Shown here in pieces: positions 41,388 to 56,060 of a DNA stretch of 64,000 nucleotides (positions are counted from its first letter, which is position 1; the number at the start of each line of letters is the position of its first letter). The position numbers and the translations under genes are program-made. The DNA comes from Eledone cirrhosa. Taxonomy: Eukaryota. The stretch covers positions 73,160,001 through 73,224,000 of the forward strand of contig OZ024743.1 of assembly GCA_964016885.1 (NCBI GenBank). Direction: 5' to 3'. The notes under the pieces are model-generated. The model worked only from the letters and a program-made list of their open reading frames with translations. It was not told the origin of the DNA and searched no databases.

Positions 41388-44180
41388 CCTGTTTGATAGT
41401 CGCTCAGCAGTATCGCAGGGAATCCATGGATGAAAAACTGCATGCTTATCAGCAAAAAATCATGCATGTTGCCAAGAAGCTCTAGACTGAGAGTAATATA
41501 GATAAGGAAAGCAGTCTATCGTGGACCAACAACCGCTATATTGGCTCCCACTTTGAAGGATACGCTTTTGCAATCCAACAACAGGAAATTAACACTAAAT
41601 ACCTGATTCACAAAAGAGATAGGGATGCATGCAAAACACCTAGATTTGATAACAAGTGCAGAGTCTGTAGAATTAACATCGAAGATGTCATCCATGTCAT
41701 CAACAGCTGTCCAAAGATGTCATTGCGGAACTATCTACCTATGAGGCATGATGTAGTGGCCAAAACACTGTACAATGCAATCCGTAGAAAACATAGCCCC
41801 GATAATGATAGCACAGTATAACATATTTTTGTTCCCTGGTTCTATGTCTCATTTCCTGGTTTGTTATATCCCATTATTACAAAGAAAACACTATTATTTA
41901 ATCCGAAGTTTGGGTTTGGGGTCAGGAGAGTATATATTTATTTTATTACACAAGCTTATCAAAAGCAAACAAGTAAAAACAAATAACACTTATAAAGCAA
42001 TTTATACACGTCAGAAATGACTGGATTTCCTGGATTTGCAGTTGTAGTCCAGGTCGCATTCCCGCACTAGCCCCCAGATATAGTCTTCCATCATTTTTTC
42101 ATTGTAGTGGCCCTGGTACCTCCACTCTATCTCTTTCATATCTTGGTGGAATCGTTCGCCCTGTTCTTCTGAGTAGGCGCCCATATCCTTGAATTTTTCC
42201 AAGTGAGCGTTCAGCATATGGAGTTTAAGCGACATCCTGCATCCCATGGCGGCAAAAGCCTTTATCAGATCCTGCACCAGTTGCTGGTAGTTTTCAGCTC
42301 TGTAGTTGCCCAGGAAGCCCTTAACAACTGCCGTGAAACAGTTCCATGCTTGCCTCTCAATCCTATTGAGCTTATTGGAGAACTCGGTAGACTCAAACAC
42401 CTTCTTTATCTGAGGTCCAACAAAAATTCCACCTTTGATTTTGGCCTCAGATAACTTGGGGAAGAACTCAAGAAGGTACTTAAAAGCGGCTGATTCTTGG
42501 TTGAGAGCCTCCACAAACTGCTTCATCAACCCTAACTTAATGTGCAGTGGCGGCATGAGCACAATCCTGTGATCAACCCGTGGTTCCCACATCACGTTTC
42601 GGGTCCCAACTACAAATTCTGTTCACTGCTCCCAGTTCTTTCTTTTGTAGTGGTCAGAGGTGGCTCTGCTGTCACAAAGGCAGAGGAAGCATTGGAATTT
42701 GATAAAGCCACCTTGGAGTCCAAGCAGGAAAGCCACCATCTTGAAGTCTCCAAAGATTTCTCAATTGTACTGGTTGTATTGCAGAGCTACCAAGAGGACT
42801 TTCACACTGTAGTAATATTCCTTTAGGCAGATTGAATGAGCTAGTGGTATGTCGGGAACTTGTTTCCATTGTGGAGGAGGAAAGCCTTCAAACTTGTGGT
42901 GGAGGTGTCTATAAATAGCCGCCACTCCTTGGGCACAAACGGCACCCCAATAACGTCAAACAGTCCAGGCATGTCATGGCAGAAGCAGAGGCCATCCCTA
43001 ACAGTGTAAAAGCCTGAGAAAGGTTCGTGTCGACTTCTCTGACTTGTCACCTGCACTTCCTCCTTGACCAAGTTCCACTGCTTCATCCTAGAGACGAATA
43101 GCTCTGCATTGGACCTTGTCAGACCCATATCCCTGACCAAGTCATTGACTTCTTTTTGGTTTGGGAAGTGAGGAACTTTTTCTGGTACCCCAGTATCAAT
43201 AAATCACTTTAATCCACTTTTTAACAATTTTATACTCTATTGCACTTTTATAATTTTCTTTAGGTATTACTCTTTATTTTATAATTTTAATTTAACCTGA
43301 AACATATAGAAACAATCATTTAACATAAGCAAATTAAATTACATACAACGTAAAATCCAGCATACAAATACTTCTAGTGAATAGCTTAGAATTTTTACAA
43401 ACCCAATTTTTTAACTGTTTAATAGCACTTTTTTTTATTTATTTGGGACCTAAGCAACACAAAAAAAGTGATTACAAGCCAGGAACAGAGAAAAAAATGT
43501 TTTTGTTACACGGTGTAATAAACTCATTAAAAGCTACAGCAATGTGGAAGATATCCATATACATAATATAAAAGTGTACTGCTGGAATGTTCCAGTAAAA
43601 GCCCCAATAAAATGCAGGCATAGCAGACCAGATGTTAAAGAAAGTATGCACAGTAGTGGAAGTTAGCTGCTCAGCAGATGCCAATGTAATATCAAAGATT
43701 AGCGAAAAAGAGAATATTTATGAAGAACTAATGAGAAATCTGCAGATACTCAACCCTGTTTACATCTTCAGATTTATGCCTGTGATTATTGTGTCACTGG
43801 GGTATGTTAGTAACTGCCTCAATACAAATCTTGAGAAGTTGGGCTTCACGGGAACAGAAAGAGCACGACTAGTTAGGAAATTACAAGTACAATCCATTAA
43901 TGGAACAGTAAAAATATGTAAAACATTCCAAAGATTTTACATCTAATAACTGCATATACACATGTACAGATATAAAGCATATACACATGCACACATACAA
44001 CTCAAAACACGCATCCACACATACAATAACATCCATATCTACACATGCATGCATGCAGACATGCAGACATATCTACCTAGTTGATGTTGTGTAAATTCCA
44101 ATTAGAGGCTTGTGTCTATGTTAGAAACCGACTCTCTCTGTATTGGTAAACATTTGTGATATTATAAAACCAGAAGAACA
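41385..44180 (+). mobile_element. R4/Dong-like restriction-like-endonuclease LINE 3' end, interrupted by a DNA transposon
   Basis: FEGYAFAIQQQEINTK...CRVCRINIEDVIHVINSC...MRHDVVAK before 41811. Resumes after 43516 with WNVPVK...RPD...VEVSC...KENIY...PVIIVSLG. (TACA)n tail. Confidence 0.82.
41812..43515 (-). mobile_element. DNA transposon with decayed transposase (Chapaev3/CMC-like assignment tentative)
   Basis: PPLHIKLGLMKQFV...GIFVGPQI...MSLKLHML..H...SEEQGERFHQD..RYQG. Imperfect TIRs CACAGTATAACA / TGTTACACGGTG. Splits the LINE coding sequence. Confidence 0.72.
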
Positions 44181-44231
44181 TACGTACATACATACATACA
44201 TACATACATACATACATACATACATACATAC

Positions 44232-44843
44232 ATGGTGGCTGCCAACTCGTTTTCGAGTACGGCCACTACTCTATATCCATGTAGGAGAACCCCTACCGAT
44301 GCGCTGAACGAATGTGACCTTTTAGTCCAGCCAGCGACTTGAAAACTCTGGTACAAACACTACACCTGTGACAATTATTGACACATAGTGCTGGGCCCAT
44401 GGTACCATGTGAATACAAGTGCAGAGAGATCTCCAGATATAAAGCAATGCCTGTGCCGTGAAGCTTTTATAGTGAGCAAAGGCACTGCACAAAGCCAGTC
44501 CCACTCTCTTAACCAAGATGATATTTACCAAAAAGAAGAACAAGTCAACATCATTGGATACCATCAGGGTTGCAGGTGTTATATCAGAATTTTCCTTCTC
44601 CTAGAATTCTGCCTTGACAAAGGCTAAGGAGTCATCTCTCCCGGTGATTTTGGATGGCCATTGACTCTTAAGAGCTCCTTTGCCCTTTGACAGGTTTTGA
44701 TTTTAGTCCTGGAGGATGTCCAAAGTCACCCTCCTCACCAAGAAACCTTGGTGAGGTTGCCAGTTTAGTCGCCAACGACCCGACCATGAGACATGTTGTA
44801 CTGGGATACATGTTACCAGTAGCACCAACTGGTGACCTGACAT
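44232..44843 (-). mobile_element. Full-length copy of the 615-bp element within (TACA)n
   Basis: Reverse complement of 11721-12336. Confidence 0.88.
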
Positions 44844-44859
44844 AACATACATACATACA

Positions 44860-44893
<34 letters not shown>

Positions 44894-44919
44894 CATACAT
44901 ACATACATACATACATACA

Positions 44920-44968
<49 letters not shown>

Positions 44969-47900
44969 TATTGCCCTAAATACTGTTCTATGGAAATATG
45001 ACCAAACATTCTCATTCAATGTTTTAATTGAATAAAAAAACACAATTAATCATTTTATTGTGATTATTATTGTTTTTTATTGTATGTGATATAAAGCATT
45101 CATAAGTAAATATTGTGTATAGTAGACTGTTTAAATCTAATGTAGATATTTCAGAATCTTTGTAAACAAATATTTTGTATTTTGAATGAGAGTGCAGCAG
45201 CACATTGTGAGGTATGTATTGCTGTTTTACTTTGTCGTTGTCAGAAGCAATGTCGTTGTGTAGGGACATGTAATAACATGTCTTATCACATTGCAACTTT
45301 TATTAGCAGCAACAACATATCAAACAGTAACACCTTCTCTGCGAAGCAGTCTTTTTTGAGCCATCCCAAATTTAAAAGTGGAAGGCTCTTGAATCATTCA
45401 TTAAATTCCTCTTTACAGCACATATGTTGTACAATTGGAAGAATTCGGCCATAGAATCCAAATGGTATCGTTCACAGGAATAGTCTATAAATTTCATGAA
45501 GATTACAGAATATTATGTCCTCTAAAGCCGCAAATACTTTCCAGTTACATATAGCGGCTTCGAATTTCAAGATTAAACCACTTCGGCTGATTAGGCGACT
45601 GGTTACCTCTTTCGGTACTTATTTCAATTTGATACACAACAATCCTTAAATACAATATGAAACAATAATAAACGGTTTTCAACATTTAGAAGTGTTGCAA
45701 CTATTCCAGATATTGATGTCGTATTTTGCAAGAATTGTTCACAAATAAATGCTTTTACTGTTTCCTCCGGAAACATAGATATCTATGATTTATCTGCACG
45801 CTTCCTTGTAGAAACCGGCAGCCACCCATCAAATTTCTTGAAATAAAAATTCAGATTTGTTTTAATTACGAAAAGAACATATTTGATAATGTAATCGTAT
45901 CTGGAAAAAAGAACTGGTTTAAGATTGGTAAGTTTTTCTCAGTAATGTTCTCTCAGGGCTTATAAAACAAGGGCAGCAATATTTTTGTACACAACAATGT
46001 ACTATGACAGTATAACAAATAATCTGGACTTTTACTGTTTTTTTTCTAATCCAGTGTTAACAATTTCTGAATTAAAAAAATAAATATATTCCTACATTTT
46101 ATTCAAACTATTTCTAAATATTACAGAATTCCTGAAATAGAAATCGCTTATGAAAAACAGAACAACGCATCCCGTCAATGAAAATAAAACAATGTGACAA
46201 AAGATCTTCAGGCAAAAATCAAAATAATCAAACTTCATAATATTTAACTTTACAGTATTTGAATTCCTAGAAATTCCGAAAGGAAAACGAATTACTGTCA
46301 AGTTGTGTCTATACTCACGAATAAATATAGACTGATTGTCCATATTAGTTTGAATTTTCTTTGGCAACATACACACGGATTATGTATTTACGTTGGATGA
46401 TGTCTTAAGGTTTGCTGGTTACTTATAATAATCAATTACCCTTGGGTATAAACAGGAGAATCAATAATTCGATGGCATCGAAATAAAAATACTTTTCCAA
46501 GATGTTTTAGATAGAAATAGCGTACAAACAATACCATTCACTTATGTTTGTCATTTTTCATAATTATAATTTCTTTCCTTTTCTATCATTTTTTTGCGTA
46601 TGATTGTATTCATGTATTTAATTGCACACATAAACACATACACACATACACACATATACATATATGTATGTGTGTGTCTATATATATATATATATTTAAA
46701 TATGTGTGTGTGTGTGTGTGTATGTGCAAAAATTAAATGGAAACAACAAAGCAAACAACTCAGTACAATCAAGAAATATAATAGTTTTACGCTTGATATA
46801 GTAGGAAAAGTGTCATGTCATGAGAAGATATAATAAGAAATAAAAAATGAAATATAATGATAGAGATTGAGAAAAGGAAGGAACGAAAACTTGTGATGGA
46901 AAGCCAGCTGCGGCGGCTCCTTCTCGGTATATAGTTGAGGGCGGCGTGTCGGGGGACCCGCATGCGCTCTGGCGGCAAGACAGTGGATGCAGGCCGAACT
47001 TGTCAACAACCACACGGCAATGGCATTTATGAGGCTCACATACGCTGTATCGTTAAAACACTTAATATTTCGTCATTTGAAATAGCCAGCATCTTTCTTG
47101 AGTATTACACAAAGCTGCCGGAATAAAAAAAAATCCACATATTGGCCTATGCAGTAACTGTTTTGGACACAGGGAAGGGGATCTACTAGCCATCGATTAA
47201 TAATAGATCAATACTCAGCAAATCCTGGATAAAGGTTCCACTTCCAATACTGGTATCCCATGTGCGGCATTACCTGATAATCGATCAACATATGAGGACA
47301 GCAGTGGCAATTCAGAAAATCACATAATATGAGTTGTATACTTGGTTCTGTAACATCGTGCCTCACACCATCTTGATGCTAACTGGAAGAAATCTATTAA
47401 GAGAGTACTTCTCTTACAGAATCAGTGGTCTAGAGGCAATATTGAACTAAATAATTAAGGTTATCAACAAAATTTAATATGACCAATAACTCGATCAACC
47501 ATGAAATTATCTAATAAAAACTTTTAATATTAATTATATATCCCACAAATTAATTAATGTCACCAACAAAACAAATACAACTGAAACCAAACAATCGATA
47601 ATCGAGTAAGTCAATACACATATGAAAATATATTTTTATATACTCAAACCAGCGCCAGTTTCACCGAAACCTGAACTGATAGTAACAGTTACGTAAATAA
47701 CTATATATTCCAGCAGTCAGCTGCATCATCAACTTGGAATCGACATATGTATCTTCAGTAGACATTGTCAAGTAAATAACGCAGGGAAAAATAAGACATT
47801 TTTTTTAGGTATTCAACATTTTTTCATGTATTCACCAGCTCTGCTTCCGTGTGTCTGCACCACATTGACTACAATTGGCTGTACACTTACTGTGTAGTCA

Positions 47901-48889
47901 AAAAGAGGCGAGAATTAAGGGAGGTAATTCACTCGCATTTTTGATTTCAGCACTACACTAGAATTAGTACTATGTTAAATATATTAATACATTTACTAAA
48001 TCATATTACCATGAAGTACGTCTAGCATCCATAGTACTGCAGCATTGTGTCGCATACCATTTTACTCAATATTAACGAGAATAAATCCAGTAACAAAGTG
48101 CTTCGATCACAGAATCCTTATACAACCTAGAGGGGCGGCGGCAGCCTTTTAAAATCCACAAATGCCGATCTGTATTTATTATATTAAGTTATTCTATTTT
48201 ACAAAGTTGTTTATACAAAAACAAAACACTATTAAAAAGAACAAAAAAGGGAAATGAAGGAATAAACAATCAAGCAACAAAATAAAGTGAGATGGAAGGG
48301 AGAGACACTACACCTCAGTCTGATCTGTGCTTCGGCTGTGACCCGCGCACAAAATAGCATTACCACGGAGAAAGGCCAGACACACCCGCTGCAATAGCCA
48401 CCCCATCTCATGAGAGTCCCTTATCAAGCGGGCTCCCATCTTTCCGAGTTTATGGAGGAAATCAGCAGTGCAGGAACCAAACACACAAGAGGTCTCGACA
48501 GAGACTGGTACGGAAAGGAAACCGTCGATGTGGCCTTGGCATTTAACTATCTTCCACCCTACTGTAGTGCGGGTAACAGAGCACGGGTTTGTGACCGAAG
48601 CGACAGGGTTGGTGGTGGAAAATGAATCGCAGCACGTCGCGTCCTAAATTAGGGATTTGCCTCCTTCGAAAGGGGTTAATCCACGGGACGGTTGCGATCA
48701 TCAAGTTCGAAGCCATTGGGCCCTAAGTGTGACAGAAAACCGACTGCTTCTAGGTTCCTTATGATGATGTCGCACTAACGCGGCAAGATAACAAAAGCAG
48801 ACCGAACACATAACAACGGCATTTATATGGCTCACCCATCTATTGGAAGTCAACTATCGGGTCTTATTGCTCCCTCATTATTTTATTTG

Positions 48890-49065
48890 CTGGATTGGCA
48901 GTATCGGTAGAGGGTCTGACGCCATGTTTTGCAGCAATGAGTAACGACCCTTTATAGTCTGAGTTCAAATCCCGCTGAGGTTAACTTTGCCTTTCATCAT
49001 TACGGGGTCGATAAAATAAAGCACCAGTAATACACTGGGATAATTGGTGGCCTTGCGCCAAAAAT
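48890..49065 (+). mobile_element. SINE (main family)
   Basis: Consensus match. Confidence 0.85.
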
Positions 49066-50619
49066 AAAAATAATTGTTTTATTTAGTAATATTTTTAAAA
49101 TATTTTTTTAATTTCTTAATCGAAAATCTCGTTTTACATATGGAAGTGGTTAATGATATTTACTACAACCTAATTTTATGTAAATGAACGTAGCCGTGTG
49201 ATAAGTGGGGAGCTTACAAACAAATTCGTGGGCTCGATTTTCAGATCATGAGACATTGTATCCTTGAGAAAGTCACTTCATTTGCTGTTGCTTAGCAACA
49301 CTCATCTAAAAGTATGTATCAAAGATGGACTGGTGTCTCGTCTAGAAAGCTCTCTTTTACTGTCAGTCACTTAACCTCCACGACACTTTTGTAATCTCCG
49401 GACTTCGTTCAAGCATTCGGAATGGCCATAAAACAACACTAAATGACAAATCAGGTACTTATATTTTAGGCTTTTTGAGCAGCTGACATTTTTATCACTT
49501 AGTGGGAAGGCGAGTTTTCATGGTTATTTTCATTGCCACCTCCAGTGTTGGTGAAAGGGACGAGAAATTATTCCCAAACCAGAGGCATGGCTTGCATGCC
49601 TGCAACAAATTATATTCTGTTAATGGTACACAAGGTCCAGGTGATAGTTAAACTGGGTGTCCAATTAATCTAACACCCACATACGTCACGGGGAGATTTG
49701 AAAACCAAGTACCGGAACAAATGCCGCAATGCCTCTTATCGGGCGCTCTAACTATTCTATAAAACTACATTCCTAGGCCTAGAATAATACATTATCTATG
49801 AATCCAAAAAGGATCAAAAACAAAGTTTATTGTGTCGAGTTTTGATCTCGGAAATTATAATAAATACCGTAGGAAAACTCGTCCAACTTTCCCGCACTCT
49901 ATCCAGTTCGCAACAGAAACAGAAGTCGTTTAGGTAAACTATATGACGAAGGACTCTTTGAAGTATTTGAATATATTTTATTGTCCAAATTCAGTTCATG
50001 TATATATGTCTGTATTTATGCGTCTGATTGATTTTTGTTTCTCTTCTGAATGTTTTTTTTTTATTGTGATGTTTGTTATTGACAGAAGATATAATTCCTT
50101 TATTTTATTGCTTGAAATAGTTATCTAAGTTATTTATTCATTTATTATCATCAACTTCCCCGGAGAAAAGCTTCAATACGACGTTTGCTATGCTTTATAA
50201 TATCTTTCACACAATGTTTAATCTGTATACAATATATCACTTATATTAGTGTGTACAAATATTTATTTATTATAGTTTTACCTACATCTACGTATAATCA
50301 AGTAAATACAAAAACGTACTGACGCACAAACATGATGTATATATACAAATATACACACACATAAACACAGGCACACACATACAAATACACAGATGTATAT
50401 ACACATGCACACACACACACACATGAACACAGACGCACACATACAAATACACAGATGTATATACACATATACACACACACATAAGCACAGGCATACGCAC
50501 ATACACATACACAGATGTATATACATACATAAAAACACACAAACACGTAACAATTGATACACTGCCATAAACACACACTCCAACAGAGAAACATACACAG
50601 ATGTATATATATATAGACA

Positions 50620-50860
50620 CACACACACACCAACAAATACACTGTCACAGATGCCCATACTCACACACACACACCAACAGATACACTGTCACAGATGCAC
50701 ATACACACACACACACCAACAGATACACTGTCACAGATGCACATACACACACACACACCAACAGATACACTGTCACAGATGCACATACACACACACACAC
50801 CAACAGATACACTGTCACAGATGCACATACACACACACACCAACAGATACACTGTCACAT
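50620..50860. repeat. About 42-bp minisatellite
   Basis: Repeats of caccaacagatacactgtcacagatgcacatacacac. Confidence 0.9.
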
Positions 50861-51214
50861 ATGCACACACACACACACACGCACACACACACAGAGATAC
50901 ACATACACCAACAGGCAAACACACACATATCTATAAACACATAGACATCAATATGTTCTTCATGAAGGAAGCACTCTCGGGACGGACACAAATGTCATCT
51001 TTTTGAATTGCCAAATCAGTGAATCATGAAGCGATGAAAAAAACTGTTTTCAAGACGAGTGGGACACCTGGTGACCGTATCCTGACACTGCTCCACTGCG
51101 GAAGTCAAATAATACCAGAACATGTCAAATCTGTCTCTAAACTAAGGTCAATTACAATCATCCACTGAATATCGCCATGATATTTTTTACCAATTCATAT
51201 CGCGATCGTTCCTT

Positions 51215-51512
51215 GTATTCGTCTCACAATCGTAAGGTCGAGAGTACGATTCCCGGCGGATCAATGTATCCGTGAGCAAGACACTTTATTTCACGTTGAT
51301 CCAGTCCACTCAGCTGACAAAAATAAGTTGTACCTGTAGCTCGAATGCCCAGCCTTGTCACGTGTTGTGTCACGTTGAATCTCACTGAGAACTACGTTAA
51401 GGGTACGTGTGTCTGTGGTATGCTCAGTCACTAAAACATTAATTTCATAAGCTGGCTGTTTCGTTGATCGAATCAACTGGAACACTCATCATCGTATCCG
51501 ACAGAGGGCCTC
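51215..51512 (+). mobile_element. Second tRNA-derived SINE family (relatives at about 49190-49320 and 61060-61375)
   Basis: tRNA-like head followed by gagcaagacactttatttcacgtt..ccagtccactcagctg. Confidence 0.7.
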
Positions 51513-51775
51513 AGTTTGTCAAACTGAATTTAGTACTAATTACTATCCTTCATTATTGCCGATTTAATGGTGTCTAATTTAAATACTATGGCAGTAAACT
51601 GGAAGGACAATTACATCGACACCAGTACATGACTGGTACTTAAATTTGTCAAATCGGAAGGATTAATGGCAAAGTTGATATCTACGTGATTTTAATTAAA
51701 AATGTAAAGAGCCGGGAATTTACTGAATAGCATTAGGCGCGTCTCTATACAAACCAGCAATCCACCAACATTATT

Positions 51776-51968
51776 GTGGTTTCTAATTTAGAGACAAGGA
51801 CAGAAATTTGGGGAAGGGAGGCATATAAATTGACCCCGGTGCGTTACTGGTACTTTTTTATCGACACCGTAAGGATGAAATGTAAAGCTAACCTCGCTGG
51901 GATTTGAACTCAGAACGTAAAGTGCCGTAACTCTGTACCTTAAAGAATGTTGTCCGACGCTCTACCGC
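51776..51968 (-). mobile_element. SINE (main family)
   Basis: Consensus match. Confidence 0.8.
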
Positions 51969-53149
51969 CATATTGTGTATATAATAAAATTGATTAACAG
52001 TAATTTCTGCTTCACACATTAGATATAGTAGCTAGTATTTAACTATACGTATACATGAATGCAACACATATGTGCACTTCTTAAGGCAAATATACACGTA
52101 TATATGGCTTATTTGCTATTACTTTTTGATTCAATGTAGTGTATAATGTTTACGAAGATTATAACATATCTGAAGGGCGTTAACGTTTGTATTCGTATTG
52201 TGAAGATTCATTGAATAACTGTTATCTAATAAGGCTGCTAATGCATCCTTAGATAATTTTATTAAACAACCAAAAAACGGTAATCACATATATTTTGATA
52301 ATCTAATTGATTGTTAAACATAGAAATAAAAATTTAAACTGACCTTATATTAACTTTAAGCACAGGCTTAGACATCACAGAATTAATCTTGCCTGATATT
52401 TTAAAACGACTGCAAAAATATTCTGCGAGACAAGTGTGCTGTTGGCAGAGATTGAGGAGTTAAATTAAATATAGATAAATAATGATATAGTTAATCTAGC
52501 TAAGTTGAGCCTGCAATTTCAATGTAGCTTGAATCTGCAAGACGTTTTCTTGGTAACAGATAAAGGTATATGTTGTACTTTTTTAATCACAAACTCGTAT
52601 GTAAATAGCCGGGGCCAGCACTTGGGACCCCATTTGCTTATAATAGGGAGAGATTGGGAGGGCGAGAGAGATGGAGGTGATAAGTGATAACAGTGGGAGT
52701 TCGGCTCCGGTGTTCGGACCTGGTGTCCAACAAATTGTAAAAATCTTTACAAACGCAGTTAAAATAACTACGTCTAATATACTATCTCTGTAGAACATAT
52801 CTAATATTGTCAACTGACCTTTCGTGTATATTAACGATAAAACTAATCATGGACGCAGCATTATTTAAATGATTAAGACGTTATTTTGTTTTCCATTGTG
52901 TGAGAATTAAAGGAATATTGGAAGCTATATATGTGGTTCTTTTATAGTTCATCGGACGACGAGCGTGAAGCAGGCAATTTGAATGTTGTACAGATATTAG
53001 TGTCGATTCTTGTTTTGCAAGTAAAGCAAACGTGAATATAAAGTCCACGTGAGGCTTAAATCGCTGGTAGAAACTGTGGAACATTCTACTAGTTGCCCCG
53101 ATGTTTCTATATGAATACCCGAATATTTGTGAATACCCGAGTGAATACC

Positions 53150-53300
53150 CGAGTATTTGTGTTCGGATAAATGGTGCTAAATCGAAACTATTCAAAGTGG
53201 GAGTCTGACTCTGCCAAGGGTGTGTACTGTGATCTCTTCTGTTCATGTTTTTCTTGAACAGGATTGACATGCGCAGTAGGGTTGGAAGTGGTATCACAAC
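53150..53300 (+). pseudogene. LINE reverse-transcriptase fragment
   Basis: FKVGV*LCQGCVL*SLLFMFFLNRI corresponds to the QGxxLSPxLF motif with stops. Confidence 0.6.
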
Positions 53301-53778
53301 CAGAGGTGTAGAATTAGCCGGCCGGATTAATGATCGTATACCACCTTATAAAGTTTAATACATTTTGTCTATATTTGTAGATGAGACTATTGAACTGGGA
53401 TGCTGCTTTTCCCTTTTCTCTTGTTTCATTCTTGCCATTCATTGATTTCTAATAATTCTCACGCTGATATCGGTAGCTTAGTATCTTTATAGAATTTTCA
53501 TCTTTTAAGTAACGGTCAAGCTGAGACCAGCGGCCAGGATTTTTCTAATAATACGAGGCAAAATGCAAGCTAATTCTAGCGACCACACTTAGGCTTCTAC
53601 ATTATCAGCAACCTTATACTAACGGCCGGGAAAATAGTATCTCTGTTCTTTCTACACAGTCCAGACAAATATACAACATACACACAAAAAGAGCTGAAAG
53701 CACCATTAATAATCCCAAACACCGAACAATGCCAAGGTGTACTTATTCAGTGCGAAATGCTCAATTATCTTCATTAAT

Positions 53779-53965
53779 TGGATTGGCAGTATGGGTAGAG
53801 TGTCGGACGCCATGCTTTGACACATAGAGTTACGGCCCTTGCCATTCTGAGTTAAAATCCCGCTGAGGTTAACTTTGCCTTTCATCCTTACGGGGTCGAT
53901 AAAATAAAGTAACCAGTAATACACTGATATAATTGCTGGCCTTGTGCCAAAAGTAGAAACAATTA
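53779..53965 (+). mobile_element. SINE (main family)
   Basis: Consensus match. Confidence 0.85.
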
Positions 53966-54217
53966 ATCTCCAATGTAGACACACATGGAGCAACAACTCG
54001 GATCTTCAGCTTATTATATATATATGTATGTGTGTGTGTGTGTGTGTGTGTTTGTACATATGCTGCAAAACTGACTTCGCCTCTTTTAAATCCATTTACA
54101 CTCACCACGCTACAGCCGTGACACTGGAGTACAACTCAAACGAAACGGACCTTGTAACAGCATCGATTGCTTCGAACGGCGTGCTGCCTGTAACTGTATG
54201 TATGTATGTATGTATGT

Positions 54218-55145
54218 CAAGAGAGTGGGACTGGCTTTGTGCAGTGCCTTTGCTCACTATAAAAGCTTCACGGCACAGGCATTGCTTTAGAAGATCTCTC
54301 TGCACTTGTCGTCACATGGTATCAAGGTCCCAGTACTATGTGTCAATGATTGTCACAAGTGTAGTGTTTGTACCAGAGTTTTCAAGTCGCTGGCTGGAAT
54401 AAAATGTCACACTCGTTCAGCGCATCGGTAGGGTTCTCCTACATGGATATAAAGTAGTGGCTGTACTCGAAAACGAGTTGGCAGCCACCATGTATGTATG
54501 TATGTATGTATGTATGTATTTATGTATGTATGTCGGGTCATACTTGAGTGTTACTGGTAACATGCATCCCAGTACAACCTGTCTCATGGTCGGATCGTCG
54601 GCGACTAAACGGGCGACCCTACCAAGTTTACTTGGTGAGGAGGGTATTTGGACACCCTGCAGGACAAAAAACAAAACCTGACAAAGGGCGGAAGAACTCA
54701 TAAGAGTCAACGGCCATCCAAAAGTGTGTAAAGATGTATATACACATGTACGTATATGTATATGTGTATATACTTGGGTGCATGTGTATGTATATGCGCG
54801 GAGACATAGAAATAGTCGGGCTGGACACCCGATCGCGCGGTTAAACCAATAGGAGTGAATGACCCCTAGCCTTTGTCAGAGCCTTCTTCTAGGAAAACGC
54901 AACTCAGGAAACTGGGATAACTCCGATATAAAACCTGCGGATCAGTAGTTACCGATGATGTTGATCCTTTCTTCTTTTCGGGTTATAGCCACTGTCGCTT
55001 AGAGAGTGAGATTGGTTCAATGCACAGTCGTTCCTCACATTAAAAAATATCTTCACGCACAGGCATTGCACGATAGAATTAATTAATAATTATTAATAAC
55101 GGTATATCGTGCAATGGCCATACTCGATAACGAGGGGCAGCCATC
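54218..55145 (+). mobile_element. Cluster of 615-bp-family fragments and a diverged relative
   Basis: 3' half at 54218-54500, 5' part at 54533-54725, diverged middle at about 54860-55075, short 3' end at 55108-55145. Confidence 0.7.
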
Positions 55146-55706
55146 ATGTATGTATGTATGTATGTATGTATGTATGTATGTATGTATGTATGTATGTATG
55201 TATGTTCTTCTGGTTTTATAATTTCACAAATTTTTTGCCAATAGAGAGAGAGTTGGTTTCTAACATAGACGCAAGACTCTCTCATTGTAATTTCCACAAC
55301 ATCAACTAGGTAGATATGTATGCATGTCTGTATGCATGCATGCGGAGGTATGGATGTTATTGTATGTGTGGATGTGGATGTTTTGAGTTGTATGTGTGCA
55401 TGTTTATATGCTTACTATCTGTACATGTGTGAAAGTGTGTATGCTTAGTATCTGTACGTGCAGTTATTAGATGTGGAAAATGTTGGGAATGTTTTACATA
55501 ATTTTACTGTTCCATTAATGGATTGTACTTGGAATTTCCTAACTAGCTGTGTTCTTTCTGTTCCTGTGAAGCCCAGCTTTTCAAGATTTGTATTGTGGCA
55601 GTTGCTAACATATCCCAGTGCCCCAACAATCACAGGCATAAATCTGAAGGTATAATCAGGGTGAAGTATCTGCAGATTTCTCATCAGTTCTGCATAAATA
55701 TTCTCT
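55146..55706 (-). mobile_element. R4/Dong-like LINE 3' end
   Basis: MRNLQILHPDYTFRFMPVIVGALGYV matches 43730-43946. The 3' UTR and tail also match. Confidence 0.82.
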
Positions 55707-55854
55707 ATGTATGTATAGTTGTTGTTTTCTTAAGGCCCGATCGCTGGTGATTATTCGCTAGGCTAAAGAGCCACATCCGATCGCAGCACTGTTAATTGTT
55801 ATTGTGCGCATGTGTGTGCGTGTGTGTGGGTATATATATATATAGATATGTATA

Positions 55855-55887
<33 letters not shown>

Positions 55888-56060
55888 TTTTCATTATTAT
55901 CATTATTATCATTTTTATTATTATTGCCCATATTATGTTTTTTTCTTTTTTCGTGCAATGGCCATACTCGATAACGAGAGGGCAGCCATCTTATATGTAT
56001 GTATGTAATCTTATATAGAAATGACCTCTACAAGACTAGAACAGTTTTATTAGTATCAAA

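Noticed and set aside
47650-47735. Minus-strand TTGATGA...GAAAC motif
   Set aside because: Mutated core, and no stem II closing next to GAAA.
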